A DNA stretch of 62,737 bases, filler included, from Sphacelaria rigidula (Eukaryota): NCBI GenBank assembly GCA_964200075.2. It is 10 parts of 10 records of this genome, joined end to end, with 100 filler letters (N's around TTAATTAATTAA, not from the genome) between each part and the next. Parts side by side here need not be neighbours in the genome. Positions count along the whole stretch, not along the records: positions 50,272 to 56,454 come from CAXNAA020021676.1; positions 56,555 to 62,737 come from CAXNAA020021677.1; 8 more parts are not named here. One strand, 5' to 3'. Below the pieces are notes generated by a model, which did not search any database, had not been told where the DNA came from, and was given only the letters and a program-made list of their open reading frames with translations. Shown one piece after another: positions 52,100 through 62,737 of this stretch. Each line of letters begins with the position of its first letter. The first letter of the stretch is position 1. Both the position numbers and the translations under genes were made by a program.

Positions 52100-52180
52100 T
52101 TCGTCAGAACGAACTCCATCACTGAGCTACGAAGTCAGCGACTAACTAAGTGGCTCAGTGGTGGAGTTCGTTCTGACGAA
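52100..52180 (+). ncRNA. Candidate pre-miRNA-like hairpin
   Basis: 31-bp stem whose only two non-Watson-Crick pairs are U.G on the + strand, with a 19-nt loop. Confidence 0.35.
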
Positions 52181-55100
52181 GAAAATAAATGGTTTGGGTT
52201 CGTATCTCTCGATGACTTCTCCGAGATACCCCTCGCGAACGATGCAACAAGATCCGGGACCGTATTCCGAACGCTCGAGGTGCCTACCCCATATATGACC
52301 GCCACATGATGGTCTAGCCGAGCCTTCGGGTAAACGGCACACAAACCTGTTCGTGGGGTAAGTGTTGGGTAAAGTTTCCTCCTTCTTTCAAGAAGGAAAT
52401 AAATTATTAATCATTGACGACGCACATGATAGAAAAACCATGCTTCCTGCTACCTTCATATTATAGACTTGTACACATCATCTGCATATTTCACGTAAGA
52501 AATATGTCATATTCCTGGGGCACGGTAAACAAACAAGTAGATGCCTCTCATTGAGGGGAGGCTCCTAAACTTATGAACAACACACTCATATTGGTCAGGA
52601 TATTCCCGTCTGAAAATTCATTTGATGCATCCCTAGCAAATTGCGACGCCAGTCGTGGCGTGCTGTCACATATTTCGTAAGTCATTTTTGATGAGATTCA
52701 GGACTTCTGACATATCAAACCTAAGAAATGTTTGGCGCCTCGTTTGGCGCACCCCTATCGTGGTATCACTCGATCGATTCCTCAAAAACTTGGAAATTAT
52801 GCGCGCGGGTGTTGTGATTCTTCGGACGTGGCTCGGCCTACTACCATGCAGACGCAAAATTTCCGTAAATGGGGGGACCAATGAAGTGCTTGTGATGGTA
52901 GTAAGTCGACCGGAGTGAGGGTGGTTGTGTGTATGTAAAATGAGGTGTGAAGAGGGCAACGGTCAACTTTTGGATCGAAAAAGGCGGGGGAAATAAAAAC
53001 GGTTCGACCAGGAACCCCTTGGCTTCAAAAACGTGGAATGGGTGTAAGTTGCTGGAACTGTCACCCGTACCCGACGGGTAACTGGCCGATTTGGCCAAGA
53101 CTGCAATTATCTCGGTTTACCGCACATTACCGCCCTAGACTATGGAAAGTTTTCATAGGAAGCTGAGATGAGTGTTGTATTTACCACGGTTCACCTAGTA
53201 CCTAATTTAGCCGTTGAACTGTGGCGTTGGAGGAGTTTCCGCCGCATTTCGCGTTCGTATAGTCGAGAGCCGAGATACAGACTATTCCTGCTTTCTGGCT
53301 AACCCCTTCATGTCTGACTGGCATGAAAATGAATGGTGAAAATCCTGCACCACGCAGTCTATATGGATACCACAGACACACACGTGATCGAGGGATCATG
53401 GGCAGTCCACTGCAGAATGTTCGACATGATCAAATCCATCCTGCATATAATGGATATGAACACGCGACAGAAGTTGGGCAACCTCATGACGTACAGATAC
53501 GGGGACGTCAACATAATGCAAACTTTCTTCCAGGAGGTATACAGCTCGTATCCAACTCTGACTGTTGTTCATCGTAGTGCTGAATTCCAAACATGAAGAG
53601 AAGGCTGGCCAACAGGATACAAAGATCAAACAACGCATCAAACAACGCATCAAACAACGCGAGCGGCGTGACATCTGTCTTACGTCTAGGACAAGGCCCA
53701 GAGAACTTGGATTCACGAGCAGAGGAGCCGTATCGGGCGAAACCGCCGCGTTTCTCATTGCTGCATTATGCTGCACTTTGTGACTGTTCCGACCGCATCC
53801 TCTACTACGCTCGAACACCTGACATCAAATTGAAGGTACTGTATCTATTTTCATACAGCACCTACTGAAATAAACTTACTGTTCACGCACTTCCCACTGC
53901 ATCAAGTCTGAACGTGATACAACGCGTAAATGAAGAAAGACTGAGGTTAACACGGAACCACGAGCAGCAAAGCAAGTCGCACCACTATTATAGTGTGCCA
54001 GGCTACGAGCAGCAATAACGCCTGGTCTTGAACGATGGCTGCTAGCGCACCCTGCTCGCCGTGTGTGTTTTGAAAGGATATACGTTCGGGTGTGTAGCGT
54101 GAACTCTGTGCGATCGGGTTCGAGCATGAAAAATGACCATCGCGTTCGTACAAAAAGTGCCACCAGCATGCTGAGTCAACTTTTACGAAATATACCACCC
54201 ATTTGTGCGTTGTAAATTGTAAGAATTGAGCCAGACTTCTTGCAAGCGGTAGCTGTGGTTTTTTATTTATAATAATATGCCATCATCGTGATTGCAATGA
54301 CCTGCTTCATGGAGTCTGCTGACTCCACCATGTCTTGTTTCTGGGGGGGTGTTCAAAGACGCCAACATGTATCAGATGCAATAACAACAGCAGCGAAAAA
54401 AAAAGACAGTTCTTCTCATTGTTTAATTCGGAAGATGGGAAGAGACCAACAATAAAATATATTCCGACCCCTTCCTTACTGCCAGGTATTGACAGCCCAC
54501 CGCCTGAATCGACGGCCTTACTCCATCAACTGTCGGCACGATACATGGCGTGAAGACGTTGTTCGTCCGAAGGAATTTTTTACCAACTCCGTGTCTTCTG
54601 AGTGCCCTTGATCCTCCTCATTTCGGCTTCAAGCTTTCCACCTCTGTCGCTGCTGTTAATACCAACTTGATTTGCCTGAAATTCAACCGGATATTAAAAA
54701 TATCTTTAGGTATTACAGCAATATGACGACAACACACGAATGACCGTCGAGTACTCGATTTTCAACTGCAGTGTGCCTTCGCGCCATAGACGCGGGGACC
54801 CTGCGCATGTGAACGTGTCTGATGACTGGTATCCCGTTGTTCGGAAGCTGGACGGAGCACTGGGATCCTTCCTCCAAGGTGACAAATGCAATACCCCGTG
54901 GTGTATTCTTCATCGTCCAGTGGAACTTAAGCTGAGTCGACTGCCTGTAGAGAAAATCAAAATGCTGTCCAAACACACAGAAGCTACGAGCACCACATCA
55001 CCCGTGCACTGGCCATCGTCTGCTCCTGGCTGTGTTGGCGTTTGCTCTCATGTGTTTTTCCTACATAGCTGCCATTTTATTACGACAGCAAGACCGGCCT

Positions 55101-57281
55101 CACTTCCTGGCACCGGCCACCAACTCCTCCCGACCGCAAGAGCACACGAAATGACAACTCAGTCGCAAAATTGGCGATGTGCCGGATGGCATCACTTGAC
55201 GTGGATTGCAACGCAAACCACTTTCGCGATGGAGTTTCTTCTAAAGATCATCGTCATGATGAAAATGGCTATAGAAGATCGAGCGGGAGCGGAGTCGAGT
55301 CATCAATATCGAGGCGCGATGAAGTGAAAACAAAGGTGAGAAGTGGTGGGATGTATGATCATTTTCGGGGTGTGTGTATAGCGCGACAAATGACGAAGCA
55401 TCGGCGACGAGATGAGCGGCAATTCTGGTTTAATTTGGAGCGTCAACTGAATGGCACCGTTCAAATCTTTCAGTACAGCCTATCACCGCGAACTGTTTGG
55501 CGCTTCGGCGTACAGAAGACCTCATCAACACACACTGGGCATCTGTGAAGCGAACGTCCCGTACGTAGCACATGAAGGAATCAGAAACATCTACATGGGA
55601 AGTCATAAACACTATACCTAGATGTGTTTCGGCCACGACAACCCTGACACAGCCAAGCTGTCCTCAAAGATGCATGTAGTGCTCATGCTCGATGATTCCG
55701 AATTCTCTTCGGCGCGCAGGACTACCATCATTTCGCCCAAGAGTATGTTGTCACGGCCCCATTTCGGGATACCGCGGGAAGCCAACCGTGCGTCATGTGC
55801 CAACGCCGAAGGGCTTACGCAATCTTTTTCCCGTGCGAACACAAATGTGTGTGTCGGCGATGTATTAACACGGAGGGCTTCGGCGGCAACCACGGGGGTG
55901 GCGGAGGCAGCGACCAGAAGAGGACGTGCCCAGTTTGCTGGTGAGACCATGTGTTAACTTTTTCAGCCAGTCGAGTTGTCACAAGTGGCGGAGAGTAACA
56001 CCCCCATGATGTTGTCGAAAACTACGATGCTACAATTGTGATTCTAAACATTGCGTTGCTGGAAAGCTGTCGCCGAGATATGTGCACTTGACCACCGGAT
56101 TTCTTTCGAAAATGCAGACTTGTAACCCCAGAAAAGACGGGACCGAAATTTTACCTCCCGCTGATCGTAGACCTCGATGCATGTGATATCATTGAAGGTG
56201 GCGCTTTCGACCTTTTGGCCATGAAGCTTTGAGGATATTTACTGCAAGGGCAATTGTTCACGAAAAAGCTCGATATACGTGATGAGTGGTGTATCTGCAT
56301 CTGTGGATTCAAATGGGTTACTTCCTAGTTGTAGGGTTGACACGAGTTGAATGGATTAGACGACGGCGTATGTACTTGCTGATATAAACAGCCGATCATC
56401 TATGTTGAGGATGGTGCTTTTCATTGAGGATGAGAACCCGGAGGATTAAAATCTNNNNNNNNNNNNNNNNNNNNNNNNNNNNNNNNNNNNNNNNNNNNTT
56501 AATTAATTAANNNNNNNNNNNNNNNNNNNNNNNNNNNNNNNNNNNNNNNNNNNNACATTTTCTCGTTGATTAAACCCCATGCCTAGTAGTTTCTATATCG
56601 AAGGGAGATAGCGTCCATACTAAAATCTCCATGAAACCCCCGATCGATGCATTTAGCGGATGACGAATTTTGGTATGGACATTCCTTGGAGCACGGGGAG
56701 ACGATAGATACCCTCAGCTTCACCTAACTCGTAATCTATCTCGAGATATGGCGCATATAAATTTCGATACTAAAATCAGTATATTACGAGCACTAGATCA
56801 GCTAAACCTGGACATCGCGCCTCAGTTTTTGAGAGTTATGCTACAAAATTTCGTATAGATAACCGGTGGTGCATAAAAAAACTTGTGAATACAGCTTTGT
56901 TTTTCATTTTTTCGGGTTTTTGGGGCAGTTTTGAGGAGAAATGAACACTGCTTTTGGGTCTTATCTCATTATTTTAGCTCAATTTTTAGAATTTTAACTT
57001 GAAACTCAGGATAAAAAACCACAGAGGTATGCTGAAAAAAAAAAACGGGCCCTCAGTTTTTTTTGGGGGGAGGGGGAGAGGATCGGGCGTTCTTGTAAAA
57101 CAATGGCGGTTTCCATACTAAAACGTCCTGAACCAGTGAAAAAATCAACCTGACCCACTTTGTTTCGTCAATTATGCCCTAGCCACGACCCACACAAAGT
57201 TTCAATACACAAACAGCAAACGTGGGCCAGTAAGTAGCCTGCAACATACTGTTCCGAATTTCTTCTGACCCCGTCATTAAC

Positions 57282-57547
57282 GGCCCATTATACGGCCAAT
57301 ACATGGAGTTAGACCCTGAAATTTGGTCTGGACAATGAATAGTGCATAATAAAACCAATTACCAGTGCACACGAGTTTTTTTTTATGGGTCAAGGGCAAT
57401 CATCAGATTTTAGATTTCGGTAAAATGCCCCTAACTCATGGAAAACAAACAAACTTGTGTGCACTGGTATTCTTTTTGAGTATGCCCTATTCATTGTCCA
57501 TACCAAATTTCAGGGTCCAACTCTAAATATTGGCCGTATAATGGGCC
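57282..57547. mobile_element. Foldback MITE
   Basis: TIR GGCCCATTATACGGCCAATA / TATTGGCCGTATAATGGGCC, with long imperfect arms. Confidence 0.88.
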
Positions 57548-60500
57548 TGCAAACTACAGAATCGCTTCTCGGCTGGCCCAGCTCGTATCAATTCTCTCTG
57601 CTTACGATGCGATGTGAGAAGGACTTCAGCAACGTGCAGCTTTGTACTGCCTGCACTGTCCATGAGCGTGCACGCAACTCGGTTGCCCACCGTACCACGC
57701 AGTTCCGTCCCTCATGCCTACCATGAGAGGAGATGCGCAAATTTTCGCCGACAAAAAATAAACAAAGCACACCCAACTACTATAGTGTAACTATCCCTGC
57801 GCTCAACTCGTGCTCTAGTCTACGCTGCAGGGTTGCGGTGTGCGTGTGTGCGTGTGTGTTGTCCCATTTATTCTGGACGCCAGTCTGCACCTTTCGGTAT
57901 ATGTGGGCGGTGGCCCGTGATAATGAGTTGGATGGAGTTTGCATGGTCCTGTGAACAGGTGTTATTTGGCGTGGTGGTCTGTAAGATAGGAGTCAAGTGC
58001 CGCTTCGTGCCTTTCGACCGCACGTTTTCGATCGAAAACGATTGTTTTTTCCCTCGTTGCATTCTTCTCAGCACGCTGCTAATTATAATTTTGAGATGAA
58101 GCCTTCAAGGAACATAAATGCGGTGGACCTATGAGATCGGCCAAAAAAAACTCGACCGCACTTTTTCGATCGAAAGAAAAGAGGTAGGTGCCCAGACAGA
58201 CCCTGACGATATCTCGATACGATAGATCGAAACTTTGAAAATGATACCCAACACTACTATTAAGTTATTTCTTTTCTTTCACCCTACGATTGCTTGGGGT
58301 AGTTAACCTGTGATCACGGGAGGCGTCCGCACAAGATGCCCAGTACCGAGTACTGCGCAGATATCGGAACGGTTTCAAATGTGAAAACAACAACAATAAC
58401 TGCACATCTCGTGATGCTCACACCGACAAACAAAAGTACAGTACGAGGTGAGTTTGTGAAACGGTCAGCGGAACCCGCGCATATCACACTTTCCTTTCTG
58501 TTTGGCTTGTACTACGCGCTGGAGACAGACACACGTATGGCCAAAAAAACAGTGTGACTCTTTTTCGATAATATGGAGGGATTAGGGTGCGACATGTGTA
58601 ACCTCCAGTAGTTACTGTCATATTCCGAAGGTTTCAATTGTCTGAGACCAAGGCTGGAGATCATCACGGGAAGAGGGGCGGGTACTTCCACTATCAAGAG
58701 CTCGCCTCACGGGCGGTGTGCGGACGTGAAAAAAGCTCCATCGCTTGCGAGATATGTAACAGCATAGATTGCAAGCGATTTCTACTGGGAAAACGTGCCG
58801 GGTCGGTAATTCACGACGAAGTTCGTGAAAGGTTATGTACATGCGGGCCCCACCCCGCCTGCACTGGTCTGAACACAAGTGATACAGTCAGTACAGCACA
58901 TCATATACTGTGGTTGGAGACTGCGCACCACCCGCATCAATGACGCCCGTAGCTGCACAACGTGCTCGATGCACAGCAGCAACGTGCAAGGTGATATGGC
59001 ACACCGCAGAACGTAACATCCTTCGTATATCTCTGCCCTGCAGTGGTTTCCACCTGTCTTCCGCAGTTCACCACAACATGTACCCAGCCGCTTCTGCTGC
59101 CGTTCATGTGTACGGGTAATACCACCCGTCGCAGGTCCAGATTTTTGTAACCCGACCGTCTTGGAGCTGTACTCGACAACAGATTTCAGTACTGTACGCA
59201 GTACACTTTTTCCAAACCTAAACAGAAGTATCGTGAAAATCTTGGTATATTTTCACATATAAATTGGGCAGTGGGACCGTGGCGTTGTCGTCGAAATATA
59301 GCCGAAGTGGAACTGAGGAAATCACCGAGATATTCACGTGCAAAGCCGCGGCGGAGATAATTCAAGTTGATGAGGCTAGAAGAACACCAGTGCAATGCCC
59401 ACTACGGCTGCCAGCCTGTTTGCACGGCAGGGTCGGTAGTGGTGGGACTGTCTGTACCGGAATATCACCTCCAGTACCAGGTACGCCGGCAACGGCCCGT
59501 CGCGCCGTCGCGCAACACACTGGTCGCGCGACAGGAGCTTAACCTTCGACTGTCGACCGTTTTGGAGCGGAAACGTTCACCTCCCAACCCTCATAAATAT
59601 AGCGGACCATAAACGATGCTTGTTTGCTGGGTTTCTTCGATCATTCGTCCCTAACCGGGCAAAGATTGATGCGAGGCCGGCGGGATCCTTTGCAGTCAGC
59701 GTGCTCAACTGTCAATGTACCCGCTATAATCGTCATCAGACATCAGGGTGTTAAAAAACGTGATCGCACACCACCGTATGAATGCAGACCGGGCCACCAC
59801 CGACTTCCCCTGCTGTAGCTGTGACAGTGACACCTTCCTCTGATACAAATCTACACATCCGCCAAGTTTCATAATCTGACGCGGGGTGCGGATGCTCTTC
59901 ACGCCTAAGCTGCCAAAACACCGCCTCCATATTATCGAAAATGAATAACACTGAAAAGGACACGAGGTAGCGTCGATCATCCGCACAAATGCTTTCAGGC
60001 ACCAAGACAGGTTCTACGTAGACATGACATGCGTACAGTGTATGTATGTTCAGGGGCACTGAGAAAGATATAACACAACAGTCAGTACGACTACGACTAC
60101 AGTATCCTACTACTGTTGTACTGTCAGTTATGCAGTTACGGCCGTCTTGGCTATACACTGCTGCGGAGAGTTGCGGGGTTGCTACGCATCCTGTACGGGT
60201 TTGTGCTGGCTTAGGTTACGGACAGTAAAAATATCACCCTTCCCTTCTTCCAACGATTATTTGGTGTGGACCTAATGGGCGGGCTGGGTGGGGTGGGTAC
60301 CGGTGACGTGATAGAGTGCTGTGTGGGCTGCCTCTCTTCACATTTCAAGGGTCAAGCAAGGTCAACCACTCAAGACAGCACGGAATATTACACTTCACCG
60401 TTCCGTACTCATACGAGTTACAGTGCAAGAATGTGTCGGAACGAGTACGAGTATAACAAGGTGTGCAGTGCAGATGGTTACTCCGTTACTCCTCTCTTGT

Positions 60501-60706
60501 ACGATTATAGAGAGACAGGACAGACTGTCTCTCACTACCATCATATACTGCACGTCACATGTATTATGATAATTGCCCGGGAACATTGTTTCGACTTGAA
60601 CAAATGGAGATCAAGAACGCACGCTCAGTTTCACCCAACAGCGCACAATGCCCCAACGGTAACTACTACTACTGTACTGTGCTTGAACACCAGACACAGC
60701 ATCCAC

Positions 60707-60897
60707 CTGATGATGGTGTCCATCTTCTTGATATGGCTGTGGGAGGCATTCTGTCCGTTGTTCGATGCAGCACCAGCACCACCACTGCCTGAACTAGGAC
60801 TCGCCGCGGCTTGTTTTGAATCCTGTTCTGCTGCTACCTCTGCCGCAGCAGGGCTCGGTCCTTTAGCGGCTGAAAAAAATCGAAACATAGACTCCAT
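60707..60897 (-). CDS. Probable first coding exon of an unidentified gene
   Basis: MESMFRFFSAAKGPSPAAAE...HIKKMDTIIR ends at donor AG|GTGGAT, has coding-like composition, and is divergent from the LHC exon. Confidence 0.5.
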
Positions 60898-61373
60898 TGC
60901 TCTACTGGGAACACCAGGCGTAGCTAGTGCAACGTGCAAGATCGTGTATAGTGAGAGGGCAAATAGAAGACAGAGCCAGGGCCGTGCACGGCGACGGTAT
61001 TTTTTAATTTGTTTAACACCCCGTACAAAGCGACACGTGCCGGAACCATTTGCTCATCGTTAACAGAAGGGAGCACGCCCTTAGTGGCAGAAAAACATCG
61101 AAAAATATATAGATACGTGATTCAAGAACTTCTCCTCGATTCTACCCGTCAAGACGCACAGATGATCGAGAGAAGTCATAGGGTATGCCTTGTTCTATGA
61201 CTGACGCTGTGACCAACGGGATTTATCCAAAATTGACTGTCTACTGTGATCATGAAAAACAAACGTCCTGTGGTGCTTTGAGATCTAACGTGAGTTTAGT
61301 GACTATGCAGTTCTGAGGGCGACATTGACGCGCCGGACGCTCCCCCCACCCCCCATCCCCAACCGATCAAGTC

Positions 61374-61586
61374 ATGTTAGCATTTTCCGGCGTCAAATTT
61401 GGTGGTCAAGCGTCGACCAAGGTATCCACACCAAATTCTGGGCTTTTGTCGCAGCAGGCAGCAAGGGTTTGTTCTGTCAGTCAGTCCAGGCAGACGCTCA
61501 CAGCTCTACCCGCTGTCTCGGAGCTGGTTGGGGCGTCGGAAGAGACGGGTGGTGTGTTCGACCCTCTAGGTCTTGCTACAGATGAG
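61374..61586 (+). CDS. Light-harvesting (fucoxanthin-chlorophyll a/c, LHC family) protein, N-terminal exon
   Basis: Transit-peptide-like Ser/Thr/Ala stretch, then LVGASEETGGVFDPLGLATDE (LHC FDPLG motif) and donor GAG|GTGAAG. Confidence 0.8.
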
Positions 61587-62737
61587 GTGAAGTGTTGAAG
61601 ATACGTTGTGACGGGCAGGGGGTGGAAGACATGGTAGTAGGGTATTGGTTGTGGATTGAGTTCACCAGCTCGGTCGTTGCTGGAAGCCTGACGTACTCAA
61701 TCGTATCGGACTTTTACTTAGAGTTTGTGATGGATTCATCCATGCCGCAAAGGTGATTCAGTGTAAAGTTGTGAGTTCTCTTCTGCTGCTTGAGAGTTCA
61801 AGGCAATGAGACATCCCCATACGTGCAAGCTAACACAGCACTTGACAAGGCCCTCGCTCATGCAGTCAGCATGTTCGCCACTGCTATTTATCTGCTACGG
61901 AGTGCCGTTTCCTCGAACAAATGCATAGCAAAGTGTTGGCTTCAGGCTGGGAAACATGTGCAATCGTGACATGACTTCAAAAGTTCAAATTGCCGAAACA
62001 GCTTCGAATTACAACATGCTACAAGGGCACGCGCCAGAGCTCTGAACTGTGGCTATGGTCTTCATATACTGTCTTCCCCTTGTCCAACCCCCCAAAGCAA
62101 TAAAAACCCACCCCATTCCGTCCACAACAACCAAACAGCCAATTATATTCGTTCACTATCAAATACGACTCATTCCAAACACCAGCTCAGACCGGCAAGT
62201 CCCACACTGTACGACTATCGATGCCGTCAGCACTGAGTATGATGGCGACCCAACGGATGGACAGCCTTTACAGCACAAGAGGTAAGTATGAGGGTGATGA
62301 ACTGAACCAGCGTCCGAACCATGATCTTGTAGTGGAGGGGGTTGATGGAGACACGCGTCGTGTTGGGTCGTGGCACGCGTTTTAGAGGTGCCATATGAGT
62401 TTGTGCCTTTTAGCGCTACGTCTGCGCACATGAAAAACATGTGTAGGCAACAGCGAGTTGTTCCTGAGGTCATTTTCATCTGACCCGCCTTCACGTTCGA
62501 AGAAGTTGGTCGACTTTTGCAACAGGCTTTTCGGGCCAATGACTGCAAACTCTTTGGCGGAGTATTTTCGCTTCGACAGGGTGTTTTCGCCCGTCATCGT
62601 GCAAGCAGCAAAACCTTTTTGAGATCGATGTGTTGCAATTTTGGCGCCAACGTTCTTGAAGAGGCATGTGGTTCTTCTTAACCCTTAGACCGCGAGACTA
62701 GTCTTTCTGGATCATGCATACTTTTTTAAACTTGAAA

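Noticed and set aside
58180..58240. Hammerhead-like core CTGACGA...GAAAC with an upstream GTA
   Set aside because: Stem II opens with a U/C mismatch, stem I is only 3 bp and stem III depends on wobbles. The context has repeated TTTCGATCGAAA motifs typical of a DNA-transposon end. An Infernal search would settle it.

Overview
Eukaryotic, transposon-rich DNA, most likely from a brown alga (Phaeophyceae) or a related photosynthetic stramenopile. The evidence is GT-AG introns, bipartite ASAFAP-type plastid presequences and an LHC/FCP exon. The window is not one locus. It is ten unrelated contigs (seven of 6184 bp, three of 6183 bp) sorted by length and joined by identical 100-nt spacers (N44-TTAATTAATTAA-N44), so every gene is partial. 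Host gene fragments: a GDT1/UPF0016 (PAM71-like) transporter head-to-head with an organellar tyrosyl-tRNA synthetase, an LHC exon with a divergent neighbour, and a multi-exon Pro/Ser/Thr- then Gly/Ala/Thr-repeat surface-type protein. Mobile DNA: Copia gag with LTR, a Copia RNase H, several Gypsy remnants, an intron-containing hAT transposase pseudogene, a complete 3.1-kb non-autonomous hAT, a LINE endonuclease start interrupted by a tRNA-derived SINE, and many MITEs. Best leads: a Gypsy pol tail with a chromodomain plus a second PWWP/Tudor-like module, a hAT element packed with TGACGT motifs, and a pre-miRNA-like hairpin. All calls were made by eye, with no database searches.
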